IMG/VR virus record: IMGVR_UViG_3300037466_003648
Location: 64,001-128,000 of that record
Direction: 5' to 3' (one strand)
Origin: a virus
Taxonomy: Duplodnaviria; Caudoviricetes
Length of the DNA: 64,000 bases
Both the position numbers and the translations under genes were made by a program. The notes below the pieces were generated by a model. The model did no database searches, was not told the origin of the DNA, and saw only the letters and a program-made list of their open reading frames with translations. This document shows, piece by piece, positions 8,505-17,789 of this stretch. How positions within the stretch are numbered: position 1 is the stretch's first letter; each line of letters opens with the position of its first letter.

Positions 8505-9611
8505 ATGAGCGCCAGCTACCCCGAGAACCTCGTCGAGCTTGAAGCCTGGTTGAAGGACCGGGACCGCGAGTACTACGAGAAGGATGCCCCTACTGTCAGC
8601 GACGCGGTCTACGACGCCGCCACCAGCTACTGGGAGCGCATGGCGGGCAAGACCTGGGAGGTGCTGGGCAAGCCCTCCGAGCAGTTGACCCGCATCCCGC
8701 ACGTCGTGCCGATGCTCTCGCTCTCGAAAGAGACGGAGATCGAAGGCGTCGTCGCTTGGATTCCCGACCCCGACGAAGTCTACGTGCTGCTGCCCAAGAT
8801 CGACGGCATGGCAGGTCGCCTCAAGTACGATGCGGGTCAGCTCGCCAACGCGGTGTCTCGTGGTGACGGGTCCGTGGGTGAGAGCATCCTGCACAGCCTC
8901 AAGCTGCCGCTTGCCTCGGGTCACATCCCCGACGTGCTGCCCGACCCGCCACCGGGCGATCTCTACCCCGGTGGTGAGGTCTACCTGCCCAAGGAGCTGT
9001 TCAAGCTCGTGGGTGGTGCCAACCCCCGCAACGTGGGCGCTGGTCTGGTCCGTCGTCAGACACCGCACCCGCACCAGGCGCATCTGCGCTTCGTCGCCTA
9101 CCACCTGGTGGACCCGACCGGTCATGCGGGCGAGACGTACCTGGAGCAGCTGGAGTGGCTGCGCTGCCAGGGCTTCGAGATTCCCCCGCACGCGACCATC
9201 CATGGGGCGGACTTCCAGCACCTGACGCTCGACGCGCTGCACCCCGACCAGTGGCTCAACCCCGGCGAAGTGCTGCCCTACGAGATCGACGGCGTCGTCA
9301 TCACCTTGAACAACCTCGCCAAGCGCGCGGCGTTGGGCGAGACGGGCCACCACCCGCGCTGGGCGTGTGCCGTCAAGTTCGCGACGGAGATCGCCGTGAC
9401 CAAGCTGATCACCGTAGAGTGGAGCGCCACCCGTACGGGTGTCGTGGTCCCCACCGCGGTGTTCGAGGCGGTCAACTTGTGCGGCACCATCGTGACCCGT
9501 GCCACATTGCACAACCTGGAGCACTACCAGAAGTTGGGTGTGCGTCCGGGGGATATGGTGAAGGTCAGGAAGGCGAACGACATCATACCCGAGCTGATTG
9601 GCAAGGCGTGA
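8505..9611 (+). CDS. ligA: NAD+-dependent DNA ligase, N-terminal half (Ia, adenylation and OB domains)
   Basis: YY...SDAVYD, PKIDG active-site Lys, SRGDG, YEIDGVVI, PRWACAVKF, RATLHN; ends after KVRKANDIIP. Confidence 0.9.
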   Translation: MSASYPENLVELEAWLKDRDREYYEKDAPTVSDAVYDAATSYWERMAGKTWEVLGKPSEQLTRIPHVVPMLSLSKETEIEGVVAWIPDPDEVYVLLPKIDGMAGRLKYDAGQLANAVSRGDGSVGESILHSLKLPLASGHIPDVLPDPPPGDLYPGGEVYLPKELFKLVGGANPRNVGAGLVRRQTPHPHQAHLRFVAYHLVDPTGHAGETYLEQLEWLRCQGFEIPPHATIHGADFQHLTLDALHPDQWLNPGEVLPYEIDGVVITLNNLAKRAALGETGHHPRWACAVKFATEIAVTKLITVEWSATRTGVVVPTAVFEAVNLCGTIVTRATLHNLEHYQKLGVRPGDMVKVRKANDIIPELIGKA

Positions 9612-9766
9612 TGGGTGTGGTCCTTTGTTTCTTCGGGTTCGTCTTGCTGCTGGCCGACCTCGACAACATCCTACAGCATGACTACTTCTGGGGCTTGGTT
9701 GGCCTGGGTGTGATGATCGTGGGCTACGTCATCGACGCCTACGAAGATTGGAGTATGACCTCGTGA
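9611..9766 (+). CDS. small two-TM membrane protein between the ligase halves
   Basis: TGATG overlap with the upstream stop, GTGA overlap with the downstream start; 51 aa with two hydrophobic stretches. Confidence 0.65.
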   Translation: MGVVLCFFGFVLLLADLDNILQHDYFWGLVGLGVMIVGYVIDAYEDWSMTS

Positions 9767-10641
9767 CCGTTTCGTTGGATCTCCCCTATCCGCCGACCTG
9801 CCCCAGCTGCAAGCACCCGACCGTCGTGTCGCTGCCGCACCTGGTCTGCCCCAACCCCTCGTGCCGGGCCAAGCTCGTGTTCCTGTTGGCACACGTCGCC
9901 AAGCGCCCGAACTTCGACATCGGCACGCTGGGCGAAGAGGTGGCCGAAGCCCTTGTCGCGTCGGGCTTGGTCAAGAACCTGTACGATCTCTTCACCCTCG
10001 AAGAGGCCAAGGTTGCGTCGATCCCCTTCGGCAAGGGCACGTACGGCAGCGTGCGGGCCAAGAAGTTGGTCGACAACATCGACAAAGCACGCGAGAAGCC
10101 CTGGAACGTGGTGCTGCACTCGCTGGGCATCCCCGGTCTGGGCGAGCCCGAGTGCGACATCATCGCCGCCAAGTACTCGCTCTGGGATCTCGCAGTCGCG
10201 ATGAACCCCGCGCAGCTCAAGGTCGAGCTGATGACCCTCAAGGGCATGGGCGAGAAGACCGCGGTGGCACTGGCCGAGTGGTTGAAGATCAACCGGGACT
10301 GGCTCGTCCAGTACGAACTGACGGAGGCTGGTGGACGCGCAACGGGTGGTCTCATCACGCTGCTCAACACGCGTCCCGAGGTCATCGACAGTCGCACACA
10401 GCCCTTGCTGGGCTACAAGATCGTGCTGACCGGCAGTTTCAGCACCAAGAGCGCTCGCAGCGACTACGAGAAGCGCCTGAAGAAGCTGGGTGCCGAGGTG
10501 CCCGGCAGCGTCAGCGTCAACACCACCTACCTCGTGGCCGGTGCCAACGTCGGCGCCAACAAGACCGACGCGGCCAAGAAGCACGGCGTCAACATCATCG
10601 ACGAGGCGACGCTGGTCGCCCTGCTGAAGGAGCACGAGTAA
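9763..10641 (+). CDS. ligA: NAD+-dependent DNA ligase, C-terminal half (Zn finger, HhH, BRCT)
   Basis: CPSC...CPNPSC, FDIGTLGE, LGIPGLGE, VLTGSF...VSVNTTYLVAG; GGAG SD before GTG 9763. Confidence 0.88.
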   Translation: MTVSLDLPYPPTCPSCKHPTVVSLPHLVCPNPSCRAKLVFLLAHVAKRPNFDIGTLGEEVAEALVASGLVKNLYDLFTLEEAKVASIPFGKGTYGSVRAKKLVDNIDKAREKPWNVVLHSLGIPGLGEPECDIIAAKYSLWDLAVAMNPAQLKVELMTLKGMGEKTAVALAEWLKINRDWLVQYELTEAGGRATGGLITLLNTRPEVIDSRTQPLLGYKIVLTGSFSTKSARSDYEKRLKKLGAEVPGSVSVNTTYLVAGANVGANKTDAAKKHGVNIIDEATLVALLKEHE

Positions 10642-10850
10642 TGCCCACCAACAAAGCCGAGACGCCCGAACCGAAGCCGACTCACGGCACACCGGTTGTG
10701 CGGATCTTCCGCGAGAAGCAGACCCTGATCGTCGAGGCCAACGAGATGCTCGTCGACCGCGATGCCTTGGGCCAGCTCGCGGGCAAGATGCCCGACCTCT
10801 ACCGACACCTGTCGTCCTACGGGATCGACACCGTCGAGCTGCGGGTGTAA
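10641..10850 (+). CDS. hypothetical protein
   Basis: TAATG coupling to the ligase C-half; 69 aa. Confidence 0.6.
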   Translation: MPTNKAETPEPKPTHGTPVVRIFREKQTLIVEANEMLVDRDALGQLAGKMPDLYRHLSSYGIDTVELRV

Positions 10851-10852
10851 CC

Positions 10853-11425
10853 ATGGCCGAAGTCGAAGCCAAGTTCCATCTGACGGACATCCAGGTTGGC
10901 GAGATCACCCGCATCCTGGGCCGACCCAAGGCTCATCTTGTCCAGACGGACACCTACTTCGACACGCCGAAGGGCTTGAGCTTGCGCATCCGCGAGGAGC
11001 GTAACCTCGCGCTGGGCAGCCACACCGCCTACCTTACCGCCAAGAGCGTGAGCGACCACACCGGCGGCATCCGTGCCGTCGAGGAGATCGAACCCGTCAT
11101 CGACCCCGACGACATCGACGTGTGGACCCGCATGTTCACGAACCTGATGGGCTTTCCTAAGGACGTGACGGTGGAGAAGCAGCGTGCGGAGTACGAGATC
11201 GACCGCGAGAGCGGTGGCATTGCCAAGCTCGTGCTCGACTTCATCTCCCAGCTGGGCCACTTCTGCGAGATCGAGATCGTCACCGAGGCATCCGACACGT
11301 TGTCGTGCGAAGCAGCCACTACCGAGCTGCAGAAGCTCATCAAGGAGCTGGGGCTGAGTCACCTGACCCCTGCCACGGGCTCGTACCGCTACATGCTCAA
11401 GCAGAAGGTGAAGGAGGGTGCATGA
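10853..11425 (+). CDS. CYTH-domain (class IV adenylate cyclase / triphosphatase family) protein
   Basis: N-terminal ExExK (EVEAK), QTDTYF, LRIR, VEKQR, LGHFCEIE. Confidence 0.85.
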   Translation: MAEVEAKFHLTDIQVGEITRILGRPKAHLVQTDTYFDTPKGLSLRIREERNLALGSHTAYLTAKSVSDHTGGIRAVEEIEPVIDPDDIDVWTRMFTNLMGFPKDVTVEKQRAEYEIDRESGGIAKLVLDFISQLGHFCEIEIVTEASDTLSCEAATTELQKLIKELGLSHLTPATGSYRYMLKQKVKEGA

Positions 11426-11763
11426 CGTCTCTCCGCTTCGGTGTGGCGTTCGCCGTGACGTTGCTGGTCAGCCAGCTGCTCCTCTCGGCCTCGGTCGGCG
11501 CCCGTCAGCCGTACCATCCTGATGTTTCGATGCCGGGTTGGACACTCAACAACCACCCCGGCGGTGGTCCCTACGTCTCGATCTTCGAGCAGTGCCCGAA
11601 CTTCGACCTGTTGCTGGTACACGATCGCTTCGGCATCGTCGAGCCCCGACCGGGTTGGTGGTACGCGGGTCAGGACGAACACGTCCCTGGTTACTTGATC
11701 TACCGCCGACCGCAGAACAAGAGCTTCCAACAGATCTGGACGGTCGATCCGTCCCCGCACTAG
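11422..11763 (+). CDS. secreted or membrane hypothetical protein
   Basis: GGAGG SD, ATGA overlap, hydrophobic N-terminus. Confidence 0.65.
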   Translation: MTSLRFGVAFAVTLLVSQLLLSASVGARQPYHPDVSMPGWTLNNHPGGGPYVSIFEQCPNFDLLLVHDRFGIVEPRPGWWYAGQDEHVPGYLIYRRPQNKSFQQIWTVDPSPH

Positions 11764-11771
11764 GAGATCCA

Positions 11772-12314
11772 ATGCCCGACACGAACTACAGCGGCTACTA
11801 CCAGCACTACAAGGGTGGCTACTACCAGCGGCAGCTCTGCGGTAACAGCTGGACGGTGCTCGACACCACCTCCGGGAAGGAGCTGGCGATCTACAGCGCC
11901 GTTAACGAGGACGAGTACAAGCACGCCGCGTTCGCTCGTCCCGTCGAAGAGTTCGAAGGCACGGTCGAGGTGGATGGCAAGACCGTCCCGCGCTTCCGTC
12001 TGATCGGAGCCGACGAGAAGGTCCGCGTCGTCTGGTACACCTACATGTGCCCGATGTGCGGAGACCAAGCGCTGCCGGGCAAGTTCAGCTCGAAGCAGAT
12101 CTTGCTTGACTCTCGCGAGGCGCTCACTCTCGACGAGTTCTCGTGCTACAGCTGCCGCATGGACTTCGAAGAGTCCGTTGGCGAGGGCTGGCGCGAAGCC
12201 CAGTCGTTCTCGCGCAACATCCGCGAGAACTCGATCAGCGTCGTGCCTCCCCTGGTGGCACGCTGGCGCAAGGACATCGAGACCGTCGCCCGTGTAGCAC
12301 CGACCGACGAGTAG
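11772..12314 (+). CDS. DUF1653-like domain protein with CxxC motifs
   Basis: YQHYKGGYY...IY...FARPVEEFEG...RF pattern. Confidence 0.7.
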   Translation: MPDTNYSGYYQHYKGGYYQRQLCGNSWTVLDTTSGKELAIYSAVNEDEYKHAAFARPVEEFEGTVEVDGKTVPRFRLIGADEKVRVVWYTYMCPMCGDQALPGKFSSKQILLDSREALTLDEFSCYSCRMDFEESVGEGWREAQSFSRNIRENSISVVPPLVARWRKDIETVARVAPTDE

Positions 12315-12392
12315 CCTACCGGGTGTCCGGTTGGGGCGGTTGGTCCGTTTTGATCCTGCCCCATCCGGGAACACGCCCGCAAGGAGAACCTG

Positions 12393-14111
12393 ATGCCCCC
12401 GACCAAGTCCCTCGATTGCTACGACCACTACCAGGAGAGCCTGTGCGGACTGCTGTCGCGGTTCCCGTTCTTCTACGCGTTCACGAACCAGTCGCCCTAC
12501 ACGGAGTCCCGGCAGGTTCCCATCGCGGAGATGTCTTTCGACGAGACCTCCAACAACATGAAGCTCGTTCTCAACCCGGACGAGTTCCCGCGCTACAACC
12601 TCAAGGACCAGATGTTCCACCTGGGTAAGCAGACGATCCACCAGATCCGTCTGCACCCGATCAGCCCCTTCGCCAAGCACGATCTCTGGCCCCTGGCCGC
12701 CAACATGGATGCGGTCAGCACGATGCTGGCCATGCAAGGACCAGACGGCAAGCCCTTCTTCACCATGCCCGAGGACCCCGATGACCCCGGCCATGGTGTC
12801 TACGTCACCCTGGATGGCGTGGCACGTCAGATCGAAGCGATGTGGGCGGCCAAGGGACAGCTCAAGCAGATCACCGCGCCCGAGCCCGAGCTGGGTGCGC
12901 TCGACTACTTCAACTGGCTGCTGGAGAACGTCCCCGCGGAGGCCAAGGAACCGGGCAAGGACAGCCAACCCAACCCGGAGGGCAAGCCCCAGAAGCAGAA
13001 GAACGACAATCCCGAGCCCGACGACGAGACCGAGCCCGAGCAGGAGCCCGAGGAGGAAGACGACGAGTCCGACCAGCCCGACAAGGGCGAGGGTGAAGAC
13101 GGCGACGGCGAATCCGACGACGACAGCCAAGGTGGCGGTGAAGAAGACAGCGACGACGAGGGCGACAGCGGGGAAGGCAAGGACGACCCCAAGGAAGACC
13201 CCAACGGCGAGGACGGCGACGGCAACGAAGACGATCCCGACACCGACAGCTCCGGTGACGACGGCGACGGCGAAGGTCAGGACGGCAAGTCTGGTGGCGC
13301 GCCACAAAACAAACCCGGCAAGGGTGGCGGTAGTCCCCGCGAGCTGATGCAGGAACTGCTGGACAAGTGCCAGCAGGACTGGCCTGACATGAACCCCGAT
13401 GAAAAGGAGATCATGAAGCAGGTCATCGCCGACCAGGTCGTGCAGGCGATGGCACAAGCCAACCCACCCGGCTCGTTGTCCGGCTCGTGTGCCGAGCTGA
13501 TCGAGAGCCTGAAGGACAAGGAAAGCTGGGAGCGTCACCTCAACAAGTTCACGGGTATGTCGGGTGGCCTCGATGGCCGCACCACGATGGCCCGTCGCAA
13601 CAAGTACGGTTCTTTCCCGCGCTACGTCTGGCGTCCCACCAAGAAGATCCTCATCATGATCGACACCTCCGGGTCGATGGATTCGCGCTGGATTGCTCGC
13701 GCCATTGGCGCCTGCGACAAGATCGCGAAGCACGCCGACGTGGACGTGATGTGGATCGATTGCGAGGTCCACGAGATCATCTCGTTCGCGGAAGCCAAGC
13801 GTCGCTCCAAGAAGCCGCGCGAGGACGGTCGCACTGGTTACGAGGCCAAGGGTCGGGGTGGTACCAGCATGCGTGCTGGCTTCCGTCACGTCCGCGATCA
13901 CAAGCTCAAGTACGACGCCCGCCTGGTCTTCAGCGATCTGGAGCTGGGCGATGCGAAATGGGGCGACAACTTCGGCTTCCCGCCCAAGACGGAGCAAGCT
14001 GGAATCCGTACCCTCTGGATCGGCGTCAAGGGTGATGCCAAGTCCCACCCCGTCCCGCGTGAAGCGGGTCCTGCCATCTACATCCCCGAGAGCGACCTGC
14101 TCGCTGCCTAA
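12393..14111 (+). CDS. VWA-domain protein (DUF2201-like) with acidic linker
   Basis: MIDAS IDTSGSM, GRGGT, LVFSD; long D/E/G-rich linker. Confidence 0.85.
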   Translation: MPPTKSLDCYDHYQESLCGLLSRFPFFYAFTNQSPYTESRQVPIAEMSFDETSNNMKLVLNPDEFPRYNLKDQMFHLGKQTIHQIRLHPISPFAKHDLWPLAANMDAVSTMLAMQGPDGKPFFTMPEDPDDPGHGVYVTLDGVARQIEAMWAAKGQLKQITAPEPELGALDYFNWLLENVPAEAKEPGKDSQPNPEGKPQKQKNDNPEPDDETEPEQEPEEEDDESDQPDKGEGEDGDGESDDDSQGGGEEDSDDEGDSGEGKDDPKEDPNGEDGDGNEDDPDTDSSGDDGDGEGQDGKSGGAPQNKPGKGGGSPRELMQELLDKCQQDWPDMNPDEKEIMKQVIADQVVQAMAQANPPGSLSGSCAELIESLKDKESWERHLNKFTGMSGGLDGRTTMARRNKYGSFPRYVWRPTKKILIMIDTSGSMDSRWIARAIGACDKIAKHADVDVMWIDCEVHEIISFAEAKRRSKKPREDGRTGYEAKGRGGTSMRAGFRHVRDHKLKYDARLVFSDLELGDAKWGDNFGFPPKTEQAGIRTLWIGVKGDAKSHPVPREAGPAIYIPESDLLAA

Positions 14112-14123
14112 AGGAGAACCACC

Positions 14124-15455
14124 GTGTCCGACACCACCATCGACCAGGTCGTCGATCAGCAGATGGCCGAGCACGCCATCCCCGCCCCGTCCCAGGCACC
14201 CGTTTACCGGGCGCTGAGTCAGACGGAGGTAGCCGAGAAGCGTTTGGAGCGTGTCCTCGCCACCGTCGAACGTGCCATGAAGTACTTCCCCGAGAACCCG
14301 TACATGCGGGCGGGCTTGTACTGCCACGCGGCGACGTTGGAGGGGCGCGACAACCCCAAGCTGTCGCCACGTATCATCACCCCGATGATCGTGGGCAAGG
14401 CAGGCTACGGCAAGACGTCCGTGCTTCGTCAGCTGGCGCGCGACACCGGCATCGGCTACCGCGAGATCCAGCTGGGCGGCATCACCGACATCGCCGAGGT
14501 CTTCGGTCTCGTCGAGAAGATCGTCATGGCGCCTGGTGAGCGGCCCAAGACCGTGCTGGCGCTGCCCGAGTGGTGGCCCGACCCGGACACCAACCCGCAG
14601 GAAGCGGAAGGCATCATCGTCTTCGACGACGCCACCCGCGCGCTGCCGCACATCCTGCAGGCCATCATGCAGTTCGTCATCAACGGCGAGTACAACGGCC
14701 TGCGCCTGCCCGAGGGCTGGAGCTGCCAGGTGACCGCCAACCCCGCGGACGGCGAGTACAACGTGGCAGAGCTGGACCCCGCGCAGTCCTCGCGCATGCT
14801 CGTGATGGGCTACAACCGCGCGCCGGAGACCTTCCACCACCAGTGCGAGGTGCAGGAAGTCGACGAAGACATGAAGGCTTACTGGGCTTCGCACCCGGAA
14901 GAGCTGGAGGTCGCGCCGGTCGAGGTTCCGCGCCCCGACAACAACGACCGTACCAAGATGATCTGGAACCGCATCTTCACCTACATGAAGCACGACCTCA
15001 TCGTGCTCAAGATGGTGGGCAACACGATGTTCGGTTCCGCCTGGGTGACGTCCTTCCTGGCGTCGCTCAAGAAGGATCAGCCCATCGACCCGGTGTCGAT
15101 CCTGTACAACTGGGATGGCGTGAAGGAACGGATGCAGAAGTACGTCGACGCTCGTCGCACGGACCTTGTTTCCGCCACCGTCGTTCGCCTGGTGACCTGG
15201 GTCAACACGCGCGAGCTGAAGGACTTGGAAGACGAGTGCTTCTCGAACCTCGCGCACCTGGGTGCGATGCTCCCCACCAGCGACGCGCACAACCTCATCG
15301 AGCGTCTGTGCGGTAACGGTGACCGCGGCGTCCAGATCTCGATGCGGATCAAGATGCGCACCGATGGTACGCCGCGTACCGAGGAGCACATCCAGGCGTT
15401 CGGCAAGAAGATGCGCGAGGTCATCTTGAGCATCAAGACCAAACTCGGCATGTAA
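14124..15455 (+). CDS. MoxR-like AAA+ ATPase
   Basis: Walker A GKAGYGKT, Walker B IIVFDD, TANP, LDPAQSSR; adjacent to the VWA gene. Confidence 0.85.
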   Translation: MSDTTIDQVVDQQMAEHAIPAPSQAPVYRALSQTEVAEKRLERVLATVERAMKYFPENPYMRAGLYCHAATLEGRDNPKLSPRIITPMIVGKAGYGKTSVLRQLARDTGIGYREIQLGGITDIAEVFGLVEKIVMAPGERPKTVLALPEWWPDPDTNPQEAEGIIVFDDATRALPHILQAIMQFVINGEYNGLRLPEGWSCQVTANPADGEYNVAELDPAQSSRMLVMGYNRAPETFHHQCEVQEVDEDMKAYWASHPEELEVAPVEVPRPDNNDRTKMIWNRIFTYMKHDLIVLKMVGNTMFGSAWVTSFLASLKKDQPIDPVSILYNWDGVKERMQKYVDARRTDLVSATVVRLVTWVNTRELKDLEDECFSNLAHLGAMLPTSDAHNLIERLCGNGDRGVQISMRIKMRTDGTPRTEEHIQAFGKKMREVILSIKTKLGM

Positions 15456-15650
15456 ATGTCCGAGCCGCTCCATCGGTTCGTCGACCTCCCGCTGGATGTC
15501 CAGCGGGAGGTCGCTCGTTCTTGGGCACGCGCTGCCCAAGACCTCGTGGACACCGACCACGAACCCAGTGAAAGCGCGCTCATCTATGCGTGGGAGTGTC
15601 TGCGCACGGAACCCGAAGCGAAGTTTACGGCCGACGGCCGGGAGGTTTGA
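15456..15650 (+). CDS. hypothetical protein
   Basis: abuts the upstream stop, translationally coupled. Confidence 0.55.
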   Translation: MSEPLHRFVDLPLDVQREVARSWARAAQDLVDTDHEPSESALIYAWECLRTEPEAKFTADGREV

Positions 15651-15829
15651 TGCAGAGTGCTCTGGAAGACTGGGCGTGCCGCCAACTCCAAAAGGCGCAG
15701 AGTATCCTCGAAGAGTTCGCCAATGACGTTGAAGCCGTTGGTGTGCTTGATGTCGATCGAGACTGGCCGGACCTTAGCCAAACCTACCGGAAGGCACGCG
15801 CCTTCCTCGATCAGAACAAGGACAAGTAA
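15650..15829 (+). CDS. hypothetical protein
   Basis: TGATG overlap, GGAGG SD. Confidence 0.6.
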   Translation: MQSALEDWACRQLQKAQSILEEFANDVEAVGVLDVDRDWPDLSQTYRKARAFLDQNKDK

Positions 15830-15831
15830 CA

Positions 15832-16026
15832 ATGCCGAAGACTGACAACATGGAGATGTTCCGCGAGGGTGACATCCTCACGATCTCCATCGACCTCTCC
15901 AAGCGCTACGGCGACAGTAGCACGGGCAAGACCACCACGGTCGCCAGTAGCGGCGGCTTCATGGACGTGCCGGATTCTCCCGGTATGATCCTGAGTCTCA
16001 ACCTGGCCGAGAAGAAGCCCAAGTAG
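15832..16026 (+). CDS. small hypothetical protein
   Basis: ORF in operon context. Confidence 0.65.
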   Translation: MPKTDNMEMFREGDILTISIDLSKRYGDSSTGKTTTVASSGGFMDVPDSPGMILSLNLAEKKPK

Positions 16027-16027
16027 G

Positions 16028-16056
16028 TTGACGATGCGGATCGTCTCCTGTAGGAT
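16028..16056 (+). promoter_or_regulatory. sigma70-like promoter
   Basis: TTGACG 16028-16033, 17 nt, TAGGAT 16051-16056. Confidence 0.7.
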
Positions 16057-16094
16057 TGGATCATTAGATCCCTATCCGATAAGGAGACGATCCC

Positions 16095-16553
16095 ATGTCC
16101 GACGACCGCCTGGGTACCGCCCAGCTCAACCCGATCACCCCGCTGGGCAACACCGCGGGTGTGCCCGAGGCCAACCTTCCGCCCGCGACGCCGACCTACT
16201 CGGCCGACTACATCGCCGAGGCCGCGCGCCAGGCGCACGAGATCAACCGTGCCTACTCCAAGGGGTTGGGTGACCACTCCCACCTGCCGTGGGACGAGGC
16301 GCCCCAGTGGCAGAAGGACTCCGCCATCAAGGGTGTCGAGGCCGTCATTGCTGACCCCGACGTGACCCCCAAGCAGCTGCACGAATCTTGGTTGGGCGTC
16401 AAGCTCGCCGCTGGCTGGGTCTACGGCGAGGTCAAGGACGAAGACAAGAAGACCCACCCGTGCATGCTCCCGTACGAGGACTTGCCCGAAGCGCAGCGCG
16501 TCAAGGACGAGCTGTTCGGTGGCACCGTCCGTCGTGCACTGGGGATGGTGTAG
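16095..16553 (+). CDS. RyR-domain-like phage protein
   Basis: HESW...GWVYG...KKTHPCMLPYEDLPEAQRVKD pattern. Confidence 0.75.
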   Translation: MSDDRLGTAQLNPITPLGNTAGVPEANLPPATPTYSADYIAEAARQAHEINRAYSKGLGDHSHLPWDEAPQWQKDSAIKGVEAVIADPDVTPKQLHESWLGVKLAAGWVYGEVKDEDKKTHPCMLPYEDLPEAQRVKDELFGGTVRRALGMV

Positions 16554-16555
16554 CT

Positions 16556-17329
16556 GTGGAGCGCCGCATCCTCAACGTCAAGCTCACACCGCCCTCGCCC
16601 GAGAAGATCGAGGGGCTGCACAAACAGCTGGACCTGCGCATCGCGAGTCCTGCCCTGTCGGTCGACCTGCGCTCCAAGTGCCCGGCGATCTATGACCAGG
16701 GCTACCTGGGCAGCTGCACCGGCTTCGCGTCGGCCAAGGGCTTGCGCGAGATCCTGGACTTGATCGAAGGTCGCCCGCACACCGAGTTCTCCGCGCTCTT
16801 CGCGTACTGGAACGAGCGGTCGGCCGAGAAGACCATCGACCACGATGCGGGCGCCCAGATCGTGGACGCCGTGGCGGTACTCCTGCACGAGGGCGCTTGC
16901 CCCGAGGCGCTGGACCCGTACGAGATCGGTGCCTTCCGTACCGCGCCGTCGCGGGAAGCCTTCGAGGCGGCCAAGGCGCACAAGGTGACCGACGCCACGC
17001 ACTTGCGGTCGGTCTCGACCCTCATCGATTGCCTCGCCAAGGGTTACCCGGTGATCGGTGGCATCCCGGTGTACGACGGTGACAACGGGTTGGAGAGTTC
17101 CCAAGCGCTGGTCTCCGGCAACGTGGGGATGCCCAACCCCGGCGACAACATCGCTGGTGGTCACGCTGTCGTGCTCGTGGGCTACGACCTGCGGTCGCGG
17201 ACCTTCTTGGTGCGCAATAGCTGGGGTAGCAACTGGGGTGACCGCGGCTACTTCCGTCTGCCTTTCGACTACGTCGAGCAGCTGGCGAACCCGGCCACCG
17301 GCGACTGGTGGACCGTCCGCATCTACTAG
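16556..17329 (+). CDS. papain-like (C1) cysteine peptidase
   Basis: DQGYLGSC, GGHAVVLVGY, VRNSWG catalytic motifs. Confidence 0.9.
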   Translation: MERRILNVKLTPPSPEKIEGLHKQLDLRIASPALSVDLRSKCPAIYDQGYLGSCTGFASAKGLREILDLIEGRPHTEFSALFAYWNERSAEKTIDHDAGAQIVDAVAVLLHEGACPEALDPYEIGAFRTAPSREAFEAAKAHKVTDATHLRSVSTLIDCLAKGYPVIGGIPVYDGDNGLESSQALVSGNVGMPNPGDNIAGGHAVVLVGYDLRSRTFLVRNSWGSNWGDRGYFRLPFDYVEQLANPATGDWWTVRIY

Positions 17330-17512
17330 ATGCTGGTCTGCTGCGAGACGCACGGAGTTCCCCTCCTGGACGGTGGTCCAGGAGGGCTCTTCTGTCCTGC
17401 CTGTGAGTACGAAGACGCACAGGCAGCCGAGTACGTGCCGTCCGACTTCAGCACCGTCCACCCCATCACCATGGAGACAAGTTTCAAGTATGCCATCATC
17501 GTCCGAGGCTGA
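17330..17512 (+). CDS. small Cys-rich (Zn-ribbon-like) protein
   Basis: CCETHG...FCPAC. Confidence 0.5.
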   Translation: MLVCCETHGVPLLDGGPGGLFCPACEYEDAQAAEYVPSDFSTVHPITMETSFKYAIIVRG

Positions 17513-17789
17513 GTGCCAACACAACTGGGTCTCGTCGGGCGAAGCCTTCATGACGAGTGACCCCGTGCACACGGTGTTCTGCACCAAGTGCGATGCACTA
17601 GATAACCGCTATCGTCAGAGCCTGGGCAACTTCACGATAGATATGTCCGCCACGGTAACCGAGATGCGTAAGCGCGGTGGCGTCTGGACGAGCACCGCGG
17701 ACTACCTGGAGAACAACCTGAAGCTGAAGCGACCCTCGCTGTGGGAGTACCGCCGCTGGGTCGAGCCCGGCACCCGGAGCTTGTCATGA
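17490..17789 (+). CDS. hypothetical protein with CxxC
   Basis: 3' part of ORF 17058-17789; ATGA overlap with the next gene. Confidence 0.5.
   Translation: MPSSSEAECQHNWVSSGEAFMTSDPVHTVFCTKCDALDNRYRQSLGNFTIDMSATVTEMRKRGGVWTSTADYLENNLKLKRPSLWEYRRWVEPGTRSLS

Noticed and set aside
9609-9766. Self-splicing intron or intein interrupting ligA
   Set aside because: Only ~150 nt, no group I/II core or intein motifs; it reads as a coupled ORF with start/stop overlaps at both ends
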